DNA of 64,000 nt from a candidate division FCPU426 bacterium (GTDB lineage Bacteria > Oederibacteriota > Muellerivitia > Muellerivitales > Muellerivitaceae): NCBI GenBank assembly GCA_963847625.1, contig CAWKAR010000063.1, forward strand, positions 30,510 through 94,509, given 5' to 3'. Of this stretch, positions 40,712 to 52,902 are shown one piece after another. Within the stretch, counting starts at the first letter, position 1, and each line of letters opens with the position of its first letter. The notes beneath the pieces are model-generated. The model was not told the DNA's origin. It worked only from the letters and a program-made list of their open reading frames with translations, and made no database searches. The position numbers were made by a program, and so were the translations under genes.

Positions 40712-42426
40712 ATGGCTGAAACCTCTTCCGCAAAACCCCAATATGCCGGGTTTGGGCCAAGGTGTTTGGCCATCTTCATCGATACGTTGATTTATTTCCC
40801 CATTTATTTCCTCGAGAAAATAATTTACCCGGATCAAACCGGCGCCATGGTTGTGGCGGTCTTACTCAACCTTTCCGGAGTCATTTACTTCATCTTGATG
40901 CTGGGCCTATGCGGCCAGACCGTCGGCATGATGGCGACAAAAATTAAAGTGGTCCGGCTGGATTTATCCCCCCTGCGCTGGTCCAACGCCGTCCTCCGGT
41001 ATATCGTGAATGTATTCCTTTCAGTCCTCTATCTTTATGTGGAAATCTGCCTGCTGGCCCAAGCGGGGCCTGAAATTTTCACTAAAAATCTTTTTGAAAT
41101 CCAAATGAGCTTAACCAGGTTGGACGATTCTTTTGAATCGTTTATGCATTATTTCCTTGCTCTTTCCTATGCATGGACCCTGAGCGAGTTAGTCGTTCTG
41201 TTGCTGAACGAAAAGAAAAGGGCGATCCATGATTACATCGGCGGCACGGTCGTGGTTTTGCTCGGCGGCAAGGAAGAAATTCTTTTTGATTCCCAGCCGC
41301 CCCCTTCTTCTCCCTTGATCAAGATATTCACGGTTTTGATTGTCCTGGGCGGTGTTTGCGGGGCCATGGGTTTCGGCCTCTACGAGTTTTACCTCAAAAG
41401 CAAGCTGAATAAATTCCTGGCGCCCCCCGCCCAATTGCAAACCTCCGGCGTGCGAAAGGGCCAAGGTTTTGTCACGAAAGGATTACTGCTGGAAAGAAGC
41501 GGGATCGGGGAAACCACGGACCTGGTGCCCGACCCGTCCAACCCCGGGGCTTTCCTGGCGGCGGGCAAAAGGGGGATTTTGTCCCTCCGGTCCACCGGCG
41601 AGATTATCCATTCGAATTTTTTCGATTTTAGAACCCGCATCAACGACCTCCGGTGGGTGGTGATGGGGAATTGGGTGGGTTTGATGAATAGGGGCTCTTG
41701 GACCCATCCAGCTTTCATGATGGACCGGGATGGAAAGACACTTTGGACTTATGACGTCAAAAAGGGGATCGACGACATGACGGCCGGGAATATTGGGGGC
41801 GATTCGAAGCCCAAGTTCGTCGTGGGAATGAACGGCGCGGGCGGCATCCACCTGCTGGACGAAGCGGGACAACAGATTTGGGAAATGCCGGGCCATAACG
41901 TCTGGAATGTGGGGACCGCCGATATCGACGGCGATGGAAAGGATGAAATCATCCATACCGACGCGGGTGGAAAGCTGACGGTCCGCAATGAAAAAGGGGA
42001 CGTCGTCAAGGAATACCAACCTTCCGTTTACGCGGATTACTTTTGCCTCGTGCCATGGACCCAAGGGGGGGAGCGCTGGGTGGCCGTGTTGAAGGATAAG
42101 AGCAAATTCCTCTTCTTTAGCCTCCTCCAGGGGTCCGCCGTCGCCGAATGGGATTCCGGCATCGAGATATCCACCGGAAAATCGAGGGGGCTTTGGGTGG
42201 ATTGGAGCGCCGGGGGGGGGCCAGGTCCCTGGCCATGTTGACCAACTATTCGCCTTCCAAGGCGTCTTTCCTGACTTTGTTCGATGAAACGGGGCAAATC
42301 CAGTACCAGGAAGTATTCGGGGAACCTTGCGGAGCCTTATTGGCGGTGGAGGGTTCCGCTTCTGGGACCCATGAGCTTTGGTGCGGATGTGAGGGCAAGA
42401 TTTTGAGGTACCAAAAAACACCATAA
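40712..42426 (+). CDS. RDD-family membrane domain fused to an FG-GAP/beta-propeller, frameshift at G9 (42212-42220)
   Basis: YAGFGPRCLAIFID, GQTVGMM..KIKVV, KRAIHDYIGGTVVV; ADIDGDGKDEII; G10 fuses it to ORF 42148-42426. Confidence 0.75.
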
Positions 42427-42689
42427 GAAAGAACGATCAGGACCCTGCCCCAGACCATCAGGCTGACATTTTGAGTTCTCGAAAAACCAAATAAAAATAG
42501 CTCTTTGTTTAACTTTAAATTGGGACCAATAATGGGTTATAGATCACCCCATAGTAAGTTTTGTGGCGATATAATATATATAAGTACAAATACCCTGCGG
42601 TGGAGCCGGATTTGTCATCCGGGAAATTCCATTGATTACGCATGAAAGCCTTTTCAGGGTTTGACATTCAATGATTCAAGGAAACTGAC

Positions 42690-45600
42690 GTGAAAATGTT
42701 TTTTTTGAACAAAAAACGTTTTAAACCTATTCTTCCCCTTGCGGGTTGTCTTTTTTTTATTCTATTCCATGAAACCGTTCCAAACGCCTGGGCCCAGGCT
42801 TATGGAGCCTCGTATGGCTCGGTCTATCCCAACGGCAACATCAACAGCGGTAATCCCCAACATCCTTTCGGGGAATACATTGCGCCCCCCAATGGTTTGA
42901 TGGCCCAACCCGAAGGCGTTACCCGCTCGGACATGAACGCCATGTGGCAGAAATATTACGACCTCTACATCAGCTCCGAAGTGTTTTACACCGGGACCAC
43001 CGCCAACGGCATCCCCATGATCGCTAATTTCGCCAAAGGCCTCGGCGGAAACAGCAACAACGTTCTCTCGGAGGGCACCGGTTATTCCATGCTCATCGCC
43101 GCCTCCTTCGCGGACAAGACCCTTTTCGACGGCCTCTACGAGTTCGTCTTGACCTACGGGCTCAAGTCGGTCAATAAATGCGATGCGTTACAGGACTACC
43201 TCATGAGCTGGGAAATCAGCGAGACCGCGCCCTTTGCCGTGGAAGGCTGCGATTCCGCCACGGACGGGGACGAGGACATCGCCATGGCGCTTCTCACGGC
43301 CTGCAAACAGTGGGGAAGCGGCGGAACGATCAACTACTGCGCCCAGGCGCAAAGCATGATCTGCGCCATGCTGGATTACTCCGTCCCGAACCCTGACGCG
43401 GGGGCCGGAACCTGGTTCCATAACGTGGACATGTGGGATTACATGCAAAGCGGCGACACCTTCGCCATCAGCGGTTGCAACGGCAGCGTGTACGCCGACT
43501 ACCTGGACCCCGGCTATTACCGATGCTGGGGCACCTATTTCTCGGGCACCACCTGCGCGCACCGGTCCCTCTCGGAATGGGTCACGGTGGCCAATAATAC
43601 TTGCGCGGCCATCGCGCAAGCGGACGCGGCGGCCGGGAACCACGGTTTCAACTCCGACACCATGAACTATACCGGGGAAAGCTGCACCGCCGCGCCAACG
43701 GGCTTCACCTACGCGGGCACCAGCGGGAGTGCCGAGGGCCAGCGCGGCCCTTGGCGCTACGCGATGGATGTGGTCTACAACGGCAATACCTGCCTGCAGA
43801 CCTTCATCACCAACGCCAGCAACTCTTTCAAGGCGGGGGGAGGGAATATCGGGATCAACGAATCCAACAAGCTCTGGAACGTGACGCAACAGTGGAATAC
43901 CAACGGGACCTGGAGCACGGGAACGCTGGGCCAGTGGACCATGGGCACCCAGGCGGCGGTCGCCACGGGATCGGGCGACCAGACCTTCGTGAACCAGGCC
44001 TACCGCGTGGCCTCCACCTACCAGTTGGCCCAGCAGGCGGGAGGGTCCAATTACGCCCCAACCACGCTCTATTATTTCAACAATGACCTGGACATTTTGG
44101 GGCTTCTCATGAACACGGGCAATTTCGCCTGGCCCTGCGACAACCAGTGGGGCCAGGCCGTGATGAAGATTTCCGAGGACGTGAACCGGACCTTCGGCTG
44201 CTCGGGCCAAACCATCGTTTACTCCATTGTTTACGACAACGTGGGCGCGGTGGCGGCCACGGGCGTGACCATCTCGGATACCATCCCCACCAACGCCACC
44301 TATGTTTCCTCCTCTCCCGCCTACACCAGCGGAAGCACGGCCTCCGGGGGGGTCATCAATTGGAATATCGGCACTGTGGCGCTCAATACGCCCGCCACCA
44401 TCACCCTGACCATGACGGTCGCCTCCGGCGCCGCCTCGGGCCAGACCATCATCAACGCCCCGAGCGTGGGCGCCACGAACGGGCCGGGGAAGACGGCCTC
44501 CCCCTATCCGGACGTGGTTTCCAGCACCTACAAAATGAATTACGTGGACGTGGTGGACTGCGCCCTGCAGACCGCCAAGTCCGTCAACCCAGCCTCGGCC
44601 TGCCCGGGCCAGACGGTGACCTTCACCCTCACCTACAAGAACGCCTCCCACGAGAGGCTGGGCCGGACACGGCCCCAGGTCTTCGTGCAGTTCCAGGATA
44701 CCGACAGTTCCTCGGGAAACCAGGCGGCCGCCCAGTACCTGTCGACGGATTACCAGATCTTCAACGAATCCATGGAGGACATCAACCTCGCGAACTACCG
44801 GAGTTCCTATTTCCTCTACTCCACCTCCACCGGGATTACGTGCGGAACCACGGGGGTCACCTGGGGCGCCCAGACCATTTACGACACCTCGGGCGGATAC
44901 ACGATATCGAACCTCCCCATGGTGGCCGGCACGAACTACAACCAGAAACTGGTCCTGGCCTGGACCGGCGGCACCATCCCCAACATGCCTTCCTCGCTCC
45001 TGATGAACCGGTACTTGATCTGGCAGTGGAACGGTGTCGGCGGCAAGGTGAAGACCGACGTCAATTTCTACCAAAGCGGGTACGCCACGCGCAACAACAC
45101 CACGGACTGGAGCTACAACGCGAACATCACCAGCAGCTGCGCCGCCTACCAGGATGGCAACATCGGTTACGTGGACATCAAGACGGCCCTCACCGACCCA
45201 GGCGGCTACGCCGACCCCTGCAACCAGGCGGGCGCCAACGCGGTCACGAACCTGCTGCTGGAGGAGTACGACGGCTACACCTGGCAAGTGGTGTCGGGCA
45301 ACGCGCCCTATTACGGGCGGGACGTCCTCAACGCCACCTTGGCGGATACCCTTCCCTCCAACCTCAGCTTCTGCGGGTTCATCAACCCTCCCTGCGACGC
45401 AGTGACCGGCGCGAACGGCAACGCCATATCCTGGGTCTGGCCGGACCTGCTGGCCACCGAGTCGGGCACCGTGTCCTTTTGCGCGTTGGTGACCGGCTCC
45501 TGCCCGTCGAACGCCGTCAACTCGGCCACCTTTTCCGATCCCGCGGGCAAGGAAAAGACGGCCACTTCCAACGCCGTGACCCTCACGGTCGTCTGCTGCG

Positions 45601-48600
45601 GGACACCCATAGTAACCCCCACCTTCACGCCCACCAATACCGTGACCCGGACCCCGACTTCCACTCCCACACTCACCCCAACGACCACACCCACTCCGAC
45701 CCCCACGAATACCCCGACGAGGACGCCCACAGCCACTCCAACCCTTACGCCTACCATTACCCCCACTCCGACTCCCACGAATACCCCTACGAGGACGCCT
45801 ACCCCCACTCCCACAAACACACTGACCCCTACTCCTTCGCCGACAAATACCCCGACTCCTACGCCGACTAGGACGAATACGCCCACTCTCACAAACACCC
45901 CGACTCCTACTCCTTCTCCGACGAATACCCCCACTCCTACGCCGACCCGGACGAACACGCCCACTCCGACGAACACACCGACCAACACAGCCACCAACAC
46001 GCCTACGCCAACCCCGACACCGACCCGGACACCCACTCCTTCTCCCACGAATACACCGACTCCTACGCCTTCGCCGACGAATACCCCGACTCCTACGCCG
46101 ACCAGGACGAATACGCCCACTCCCACGAATACACCGACCAACACAGCCACCAACACGCCTACGCCAACCCCAACCCCCACCAATACGCCGACGAGAACGC
46201 CGACCAACACGACTACGCCCTCACCCACACCAAGCCCCACGCCCACACCCACGAACACCCCGACCCCTACTCCTTCGCCGACGAATACCCCAACTCCTAC
46301 CCCGACCCGGACGAACACGCCCACTCCCACGAATACACCGACCAACACAGCCACTAACACGCCTACACCAACCCCGACCCCCACCAATACGCCGACGAGA
46401 ACGCCGACCAACACGCCTACGCCCACACCGACCCCCACTCCTTCACCGACGAATACCCCTACTCCAACCCCGACCCGTACGCCCTCTCCTACGCCTACGA
46501 ACACTCCAACCAACTCACCCACGAACACGCCCACCCCGACCCCGACAACAACACCCACCCCGACCCCCACTAATACCCCAACGAACACGCCCACTCGCAC
46601 GCCCACGCCGACTCCGACAACGACTCCCACTCCCACCCCGACCAATACGCCGACTCGTACGCCCACATCCACTCCAACCCCTACGCCTACCATTACCCCC
46701 ACCCCTACGCCAACCAACACCCCCACGAACACTCTCACGCCGACTCCCAGCCCGACCGGAACCACATCGCCCACGAACACCCCAACCAATACGCCGACTC
46801 GCACGAACACCCCTACGTCGACCCCCACGCCCACCATCACACCCACGCCCACGCCAACCAATACGCCGACCAACACGCCGACTCGCACGCCCACAGCGAC
46901 CCCGACGACGACACCCTCACCAACGCCGACAAATACCCCAACCAACACGCCCACGAACACGCCGACATCCACCCCGACGACGACACCCTCTCCCACCCCT
47001 ACTAATACCCCGACCAACACGCCCACGCGTACGCCGACACCTACCCCGACGACTACACCTTCACCCACTCCGACGAATACTCCGACGAACACGCCTACGC
47101 GTACGCCGACACTCACCCCGACGACCACACCTTCACCCACGCCTACGAACACTCCAACCAACTCACCCACGAACACGCCCACCCCGACCCCGACAACAAC
47201 ACCCACCCCGACCCCCACTAATACCCCAACGAACACGCCCACTCGTACGCCCACGCCGACTCCGACAACGACTCCCACTCCCACCCCGACCAATACGCCG
47301 ACTCGTACGCCCACATCCACTCCAACTCCTACGCCTACCATTACCCCCACCCCTACGCCAACCAACACCCCCACGAACACTCTCACGCCGACTCCCAGCC
47401 CGACCGGAACCACATCGCCCACGAACACCCCAACCAATACGCCGACTCGCACGAACACCCCTACGTCGACCCCCACGCCCACCATCACACCCACGCCCAC
47501 GCCAACCAATACGCCGACCAACACGCCGACTCGTACACCCACAGCGACCCCGACGACGACACTCTCACCAACGCCGACAAATACCCCAACCAACACGCCC
47601 ACGAACACGCCGACACCTACCCCGACGACTACACCCTCTCCCACCCCTACTAATACCCCGACCAACACGCCCACGCGTACGCCGACACCTACCCCGACAA
47701 CTACACCTTCACCCACTCCGACGAATACTCCGACGAACACCCCGACGAATACGATGACTCCCACCCCGACGACGACACCCTCACCTACTCCCACGAATAC
47801 CCCGACGAGGACGCCCACTTCCACCCCGACCTCCACGCCTACCATTACTCCCACACCGACGCCGACGAATACCCCAACCAACACCCTCACACCGACTCCC
47901 AGCCCGACCGGGACGACTTCGCCTACCGCCACCCCAACCAACACGCCGACTCGCACAAACACCTCTACGTCGACCCCCACGCCCACCATCACACCCACGC
48001 CCACGCCAACCAATACGCCGACCAACACGCCGACTCGTACATCCACAGCGACCCCGACGACGACACCCTCGCCAACGCCGACAAATACCTCAACCAACAC
48101 GCCCACGAACACGCCGACATCCACCCCGACGACGACACCCTCTCCCACCCCTACTAATACCCCGACCAACACGCCCACGCGTACGCCGACACCTACCCCG
48201 ACGACCACACCTTCACCCACGCCGACGAATACCCCAACCAACTCACCGACGAATACGATGACTCCCACCCCGACGACGACACCCTCACCCACCCCGACGA
48301 ATACCCCGACGAGGACGCCCACTTTCACCCCGACCCCCACGCCTACCATTACCCCCACACCGACGCCAACCAACACGCCCACGAACACGCCCTCGCCGAC
48401 TCCCAGCCCGACCGGGACGACTTCGCCCACCGCCACCCCAACCAACACGCCGACTCGCACGAACACACCCACGCCGACTTCCACCCCAACAATCACACCC
48501 TCTTTCACGCCGACGAGTACCCCGACCAACACACCGACTTCCACGCCGACTCCTACACCGACAAACACGCCCACGCTCACAACGACGAATACGCCCACGA

Positions 48601-49541
48601 GAACGCCGACCTCCACCACCACCCCGACCCCGACCGAGACCCCCATCTTCACGCCGACATCCACCAACACCCCGATGGACACGTCCACTTCCACGGCCAC
48701 CCCAACGAGTACCGCGACCCCTACAACGACGAACACGCCCACGAGGACCCCAACAATGACCCCGACTTCCACCGGCACCCCCACCGCCACCCCGACCCCG
48801 ACCGAGACTCCCATCTTCACATATACGTTCACCGACACGCCCACGAACACCCTGAGTCCGACCCCGACCTTCACGCCGACGAATACCAGCACTCCCACGG
48901 ACACACCCACCGACACCCCGACATTGACCTCAACGAATACGCCGACAGATACTTACACACCGACGAATACCAGCACTCCCACTCCCACGCCGACGGAAAC
49001 CCCGACCTTGACTTCAACCGACACACCCACGCCGACCAACACGCCTACGGAAACTTTCACGGCCACGAACACGCCGACAAACACTCCAACGCCTACCCCG
49101 ACAAAAACATCCACCAATACCCCCACGTCGACAACGACCCAAACGCCCACGAATACTTGGACCCATACGGACACCTCGACTCCCACCATCACATCCACGA
49201 GGACGATTACCTCGACCGTCACCCTTACGCCGACCTTAACACCGCTTCCGAAATGCGATGAATATTACGTCTCCAAGAATATATTTCTCCCGTTCCAAGG
49301 GCCGGTATCGATTTGGGTTTCTTATTGCCAATTCCCGGGCACTTATTCCCTGAGAATTTACAACTCTGCCGGGGAACACATTCAAACCCTGGATGAACAA
49401 TATTTGGAAAGCTCGTATGCGGCTTCTTACCATTGGGACGGGAAGAACAAATTCGGGGATCCATGCGCGAGCGGGGTTTACATTTTCTACCTGGTAGAGC
49501 CCTATGACCGGAAAATCAAACGGGTCCTTCTCTTAAAATAA
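42690..49541 (+). CDS. Giant secreted GH8 glycoside hydrolase: GH8 + DUF11 + CBM3-like + ~1200-aa Pro/Thr stalk + FlgD-Ig/CTD-like domain
   Basis: [27 protein letters not shown] (GH8); DUF11 '[20 protein letters not shown]'; CBM3-like '[21 protein letters not shown]'; C-terminal CTD. Confidence 0.85.
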   Translation: MKMFFLNKKRFKPILPLAGCLFFILFHETVPNAWAQAYGASYGSVYPNGNINSGNPQHPFGEYIAPPNGLMAQPEGVTRSDMNAMWQKYYDLYISSEVFYTGTTANGIPMIANFAKGLGGNSNNVLSEGTGYSMLIAASFADKTLFDGLYEFVLTYGLKSVNKCDALQDYLMSWEISETAPFAVEGCDSATDGDEDIAMALLTACKQWGSGGTINYCAQAQSMICAMLDYSVPNPDAGAGTWFHNVDMWDYMQSGDTFAISGCNGSVYADYLDPGYYRCWGTYFSGTTCAHRSLSEWVTVANNTCAAIAQADAAAGNHGFNSDTMNYTGESCTAAPTGFTYAGTSGSAEGQRGPWRYAMDVVYNGNTCLQTFITNASNSFKAGGGNIGINESNKLWNVTQQWNTNGTWSTGTLGQWTMGTQAAVATGSGDQTFVNQAYRVASTYQLAQQAGGSNYAPTTLYYFNNDLDILGLLMNTGNFAWPCDNQWGQAVMKISEDVNRTFGCSGQTIVYSIVYDNVGAVAATGVTISDTIPTNATYVSSSPAYTSGSTASGGVINWNIGTVALNTPATITLTMTVASGAASGQTIINAPSVGATNGPGKTASPYPDVVSSTYKMNYVDVVDCALQTAKSVNPASACPGQTVTFTLTYKNASHERLGRTRPQVFVQFQDTDSSSGNQAAAQYLSTDYQIFNESMEDINLANYRSSYFLYSTSTGITCGTTGVTWGAQTIYDTSGGYTISNLPMVAGTNYNQKLVLAWTGGTIPNMPSSLLMNRYLIWQWNGVGGKVKTDVNFYQSGYATRNNTTDWSYNANITSSCAAYQDGNIGYVDIKTALTDPGGYADPCNQAGANAVTNLLLEEYDGYTWQVVSGNAPYYGRDVLNATLADTLPSNLSFCGFINPPCDAVTGANGNAISWVWPDLLATESGTVSFCALVTGSCPSNAVNSATFSDPAGKEKTATSNAVTLTVVCCGTPIVTPTFTPTNTVTRTPTSTPTLTPTTTPTPTPTNTPTRTPTATPTLTPTITPTPTPTNTPTRTPTPTPTNTLTPTPSPTNTPTPTPTRTNTPTLTNTPTPTPSPTNTPTPTPTRTNTPTPTNTPTNTATNTPTPTPTPTRTPTPSPTNTPTPTPSPTNTPTPTPTRTNTPTPTNTPTNTATNTPTPTPTPTNTPTRTPTNTTTPSPTPSPTPTPTNTPTPTPSPTNTPTPTPTRTNTPTPTNTPTNTATNTPTPTPTPTNTPTRTPTNTPTPTPTPTPSPTNTPTPTPTRTPSPTPTNTPTNSPTNTPTPTPTTTPTPTPTNTPTNTPTRTPTPTPTTTPTPTPTNTPTRTPTSTPTPTPTITPTPTPTNTPTNTLTPTPSPTGTTSPTNTPTNTPTRTNTPTSTPTPTITPTPTPTNTPTNTPTRTPTATPTTTPSPTPTNTPTNTPTNTPTSTPTTTPSPTPTNTPTNTPTRTPTPTPTTTPSPTPTNTPTNTPTRTPTLTPTTTPSPTPTNTPTNSPTNTPTPTPTTTPTPTPTNTPTNTPTRTPTPTPTTTPTPTPTNTPTRTPTSTPTPTPTITPTPTPTNTPTNTLTPTPSPTGTTSPTNTPTNTPTRTNTPTSTPTPTITPTPTPTNTPTNTPTRTPTATPTTTLSPTPTNTPTNTPTNTPTPTPTTTPSPTPTNTPTNTPTRTPTPTPTTTPSPTPTNTPTNTPTNTMTPTPTTTPSPTPTNTPTRTPTSTPTSTPTITPTPTPTNTPTNTLTPTPSPTGTTSPTATPTNTPTRTNTSTSTPTPTITPTPTPTNTPTNTPTRTSTATPTTTPSPTPTNTSTNTPTNTPTSTPTTTPSPTPTNTPTNTPTRTPTPTPTTTPSPTPTNTPTNSPTNTMTPTPTTTPSPTPTNTPTRTPTFTPTPTPTITPTPTPTNTPTNTPSPTPSPTGTTSPTATPTNTPTRTNTPTPTSTPTITPSFTPTSTPTNTPTSTPTPTPTNTPTLTTTNTPTRTPTSTTTPTPTETPIFTPTSTNTPMDTSTSTATPTSTATPTTTNTPTRTPTMTPTSTGTPTATPTPTETPIFTYTFTDTPTNTLSPTPTFTPTNTSTPTDTPTDTPTLTSTNTPTDTYTPTNTSTPTPTPTETPTLTSTDTPTPTNTPTETFTATNTPTNTPTPTPTKTSTNTPTSTTTQTPTNTWTHTDTSTPTITSTRTITSTVTLTPTLTPLPKCDEYYVSKNIFLPFQGPVSIWVSYCQFPGTYSLRIYNSAGEHIQTLDEQYLESSYAASYHWDGKNKFGDPCASGVYIFYLVEPYDRKIKRVLLLK
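45603..49245 (+). repeat. Pro/Thr low-complexity coding repeat with higher-order duplications (648, 504, 504 bp)
   Basis: SPTGTTSP marker codons start at 46751, 47399, 47903 and 48407; 46493-47090 is near-identical to 47141-47738. Confidence 0.9.
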
Positions 49542-49587
49542 AGTTGTTTCCTGATATGAGTCGGCTGCTCAAACCCACCGATTTCTA

Positions 49588-49619
49588 ATTGCCCAATCCG
49601 GGGACCCGCATTGGACAAT
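49588..49619. repeat. ~30-bp palindromic intergenic repeat, copy a (others: 50343-50371, 51054-51106, 53148-53177; partial 38655-38676, 59377-59397)
   Basis: Consensus ~TTGYCCRCGGCGGGGRGCCYGMRTTGGACAA. Confidence 0.7.
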
Positions 49620-49687
49620 AAATCCACGCTTAGTTGTCCCTGAAAACCCATACCAATCGCAGACCAAAAACCATATATAACCCCCTC

Positions 49688-49716
49688 TTGACGTATAACG
49701 CATCCCGTTATACCCT
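49688..49716 (+). promoter_or_regulatory. higBA promoter with operator palindrome
   Basis: TTGACG-17-TACCCT; GTATAACG-catcc-CGTTATAC inverted repeat. Confidence 0.7.
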
Positions 49717-49722
49717 AAATAC

Positions 49723-50004
49723 ATGATCCGGAATTTCAAGGGCAAAGAGGCCGTGCTGATATTTAACCGGACTTTCTCCCATCGGCTTCCCCATGACATT
49801 CAAAAGGTGGCTTTCCGGAAGCTCCGCATGTTAAACAGAGCGGTCACCTTAAACGATTTGAGGGTTCCCCCTGCGATCCGGTTGGAGGCTTTACATGGCA
49901 GCCGGCGAGGGCAACATAGTATTCGGATTAATGACCAATGGCGGGTTTGCTTTGAATGGCGAACCGGGGACGCCTATAACGTTAAGATTGCGGATTATCA
50001 CTAG
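49723..50004 (+). CDS. higB: HigB-family toxin (RelE superfamily)
   Basis: RKLRML, DLRVPP..RLEALHG.R.GQHSIRINDQWRVCFEW..DYH. Confidence 0.92.
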   Translation: MIRNFKGKEAVLIFNRTFSHRLPHDIQKVAFRKLRMLNRAVTLNDLRVPPAIRLEALHGSRRGQHSIRINDQWRVCFEWRTGDAYNVKIADYH

Positions 50005-50013
50005 GAGGGAAAA

Positions 50014-50316
50014 ATGAAAAATTCAAAAATACCACCGCTTCATCCGGGCAAGGTTCTCCAGAAAGAGTTTCTTAAAACAATGGGAATCAGCCAGAACAAG
50101 ATGGGTCAAGATTTAGGGGTTCCTCCTCGCCGTATCAATGAGATTGTCCAAGGCAAAAGAGGGATTACCGCCGATACGGCACTGCGTTTAGGCAAATATT
50201 TCAATATGTCCCCCCAATTTTGGCTTGGTCTGCAAATGGATTATGAGCTGGACCAGGAAGCCGATCAACTAGCATCCCGCCTGAAGAAAGAAGTCCGCGT
50301 TTACCAGGCTGTTTAA
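50014..50316 (+). CDS. higA: HigA-family antitoxin
   Basis: HPG.VL..EFL, RINEIV.GKRGITADTALRL, FWLGLQ. Confidence 0.92.
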   Translation: MKNSKIPPLHPGKVLQKEFLKTMGISQNKMGQDLGVPPRRINEIVQGKRGITADTALRLGKYFNMSPQFWLGLQMDYELDQEADQLASRLKKEVRVYQAV

Positions 50317-50390
50317 TTCTTCCTTGAAATCGTTACGTAAGATGCCCACGGCGGGGGCCCGCATTGGACAAAGCTTTTTAATGAGAGGAG

Positions 50391-51041
50391 TTGATTATCA
50401 TTAAGAAATATTCATCAGCCATAAGCTTTTCATTGTTTCTGCTTTTGTACTTATTTTCATATGGTTCGGTTATTGGCGCGGATTCTTCGGATGATATCTT
50501 GAAGATCGAACAGGACTGCAAGTCCATCGACCAGGCAATCGAAAAGAAAAACCTTTCCTCCAAAGCATTCGCGGATGTTGGCTCTGAGGAAACCGTGAAA
50601 TGGAAAGAGTTCAAGACTGCTAAGAAAAGGTATGACGAGGGTTGGGGCGGCAACTCCGATATCGCTGACGCCTATTTCAAAGGGACAACGCTTGTTTGCA
50701 TTTCTGCGTCCTACGCCAATGAGAGCGGAGATTGGAAAAGTTTTTTAAATTACTATTATCGACTGGATGGGAGCGTAGAAAAGATTCATTCGGATTACAG
50801 GGAGTTTCGCGGGTCCTCGGAACAATTGTCGGATTCCGCTGAATATATTCAGCTTTTACAAACCCGTTATTATGATGTGAAAGGGAATTGCATTAAAAAG
50901 CTAGGCCCGGATTGCCTGGATTTAAAAACTCATGAGAAATTGAAGGGCGCCAGAAACCTTGATGGCCCGGAAAAAGACCGCAAAACTCCTTTTTATACCA
51001 ATGTCGTTAAGTTCCCGTTCCACCGATTATTGGCGAAATGA
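50391..51041 (+). CDS. Secreted hypothetical protein
   Basis: GAGGAG RBS, signal peptide, 'ESGDW..YYYR.DGS'; lower GC than the housekeeping genes. Confidence 0.7.
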   Translation: MIIIKKYSSAISFSLFLLLYLFSYGSVIGADSSDDILKIEQDCKSIDQAIEKKNLSSKAFADVGSEETVKWKEFKTAKKRYDEGWGGNSDIADAYFKGTTLVCISASYANESGDWKSFLNYYYRLDGSVEKIHSDYREFRGSSEQLSDSAEYIQLLQTRYYDVKGNCIKKLGPDCLDLKTHEKLKGARNLDGPEKDRKTPFYTNVVKFPFHRLLAK

Positions 51042-51147
51042 CCTACAATTAAGTTGTCCACGGCGGGGAGCTCCACGCACCGCAGCGTGGGGCAGTGTGA
51101 TTGGACGGCTGAATAATATGGAATTTGCTGTTTAATATGGGGGTCTT

Positions 51148-52902
51148 GTGAAAAAGTTTTTAGCTCTATACTTCGTGGCTTCCATGGCTATGGCTCACCC
51201 CCCTCCAAGTGTTACTAGTGTTCCCAAAATAACGCCCGCCCGCCTAACGCCGGCCTTCACCCCCGTCAATACGAATATAACCCTTGGCTGCACGGCGGTC
51301 GGGAAAACTTATACCCATCTTGCCGGTTATTTGGTTTTCAACCCGGTGACGGTAACAACAGCAGGATATTCCAACTCCCTTGTTTTTGATGTGGCAGAGG
51401 GAGCGGGAGCCGTTCCGATAGTGGTTGGAATTTATTCCAACGTCGCCCAAGTCCCATTTCAATTATTGGCCCAATCCGCCCCTCAGACTACTGCGACGGG
51501 ATGGATGACTTTCCCGGTGACTACTTATCTGTCTCCCGGCCAATATTGGCTGGGAGTATCGTCGAATTGTTACATGTGGTGCGATTCAACGGCCACAACT
51601 TTTATCTACAATAAGGAGTACGCTTATTCAAACGTGATGCCGCCACTAATGGCCATCGACAATAATTGGAATAACGTTCCTTTTATTGGCCGTTCAATGA
51701 CCCTTTATATGAATTTCGCACCCATTGGCAGGAGTCCAACCTATACACCCACGGCAACATTTACCGGCACACAAACGCCGACCACAACGCCTTATCCCTG
51801 GCCTCCACACGGTTCCACTTTTAAAACCCCTCCGATGGGTTGGTATGATTATGTGGCCATTAGACCGGAGCAGGAATCGGAAACCAATATGGAATCCTTT
51901 GGAAATGCCATGGTCACGACTGGGCTTGCGGCGGCGGGTTACGTGTATCTAGTGATGGATGAGGGGTGGGAAATGCCCTCAAGGGTAAACGGCCACTTAG
52001 TTCCGGATACGACGCGATTTCCAAACGGATTAGGCCCGGTGATTAGTTACATTCACAGTCATGGATTGAAAATTGGGGTTTATCGAAGCAATGGAAATAC
52101 GAGTTGTATTGCTGGTTATCCTGGGGGATATGGATACGAAACCATTGACGCAAACGACTTTGCCTCTTGGGGGATTGATTTTGTAAAGCTCGACTATTGC
52201 GATCCTTCCGTGGATTTCTTCTCCCCTTTTTTAGCCTTTGCAAATGCGGTTGAGGCCACGGGTAAAATAATATACTTGGAATCCAACTCCCGGCAATTTT
52301 ACGGCCCTATGTTTTGGGTGTATGACCAGAACCGAAACAACAATGATCTCACGGGCACATGGGCGAGTACACAATACGCCGTGACTTGGAACAGCAAATA
52401 CGCTTTTCAATCGCAGCCTGGAAGTTTCAACGACCCGATGGAAATGATTGACGATCCGGAATGGGACACTTCCACCCAAACCGAATCTTCTTCCAGGTTT
52501 TCCTTGTGGTGTATGATGAACGCCCCATTATTTACCACAAATGACCTAAGGACTGCGACCACTGCCGCAATTTCGATTTTGACCAATACCGAACTAATAG
52601 GCATAGACCAAGACCCCATTTGCAACCAAGCTGTGACGGCCTCGACAAGCGATTCGGGAAACTGTATTGTTTTCTCGAAAGTTTTGACCGGGACCAATAC
52701 AAGGGCCGTGGCATTGACGAATTGGGATTCAACCAGCCAATCCATGACGGTTACCTTCTCGAATTGCGGGGTACCCGCCGGGACTTATGCCGTGCGGGAT
52801 TTGTGGGCGCATCAAAAGCTGGGGAAATTTTTAAATTCTTACACCTGCACCGTGGCCTCTCATGCGACGACGATGCTAAAGATCATTCCGCATAACAAAT
52901 AA
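51148..52902 (+). CDS. GH27 alpha-galactosidase-like enzyme with N-terminal DUF4082-like domain
   Basis: TPPMGW, YLVMDEGW, RFPNG, WGIDFVKLDYC, FNDP, FSLW..APL and VRDLW motifs. Confidence 0.88.
   Translation: MKKFLALYFVASMAMAHPPPSVTSVPKITPARLTPAFTPVNTNITLGCTAVGKTYTHLAGYLVFNPVTVTTAGYSNSLVFDVAEGAGAVPIVVGIYSNVAQVPFQLLAQSAPQTTATGWMTFPVTTYLSPGQYWLGVSSNCYMWCDSTATTFIYNKEYAYSNVMPPLMAIDNNWNNVPFIGRSMTLYMNFAPIGRSPTYTPTATFTGTQTPTTTPYPWPPHGSTFKTPPMGWYDYVAIRPEQESETNMESFGNAMVTTGLAAAGYVYLVMDEGWEMPSRVNGHLVPDTTRFPNGLGPVISYIHSHGLKIGVYRSNGNTSCIAGYPGGYGYETIDANDFASWGIDFVKLDYCDPSVDFFSPFLAFANAVEATGKIIYLESNSRQFYGPMFWVYDQNRNNNDLTGTWASTQYAVTWNSKYAFQSQPGSFNDPMEMIDDPEWDTSTQTESSSRFSLWCMMNAPLFTTNDLRTATTAAISILTNTELIGIDQDPICNQAVTASTSDSGNCIVFSKVLTGTNTRAVALTNWDSTSQSMTVTFSNCGVPAGTYAVRDLWAHQKLGKFLNSYTCTVASHATTMLKIIPHNK

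Noticed and set aside
45311..48916. 1201-aa Val/Gly-rich minus-strand ORF
   Set aside because: Antisense shadow of the Thr/Pro codons (ACN/CCN) of the GH8 protein.
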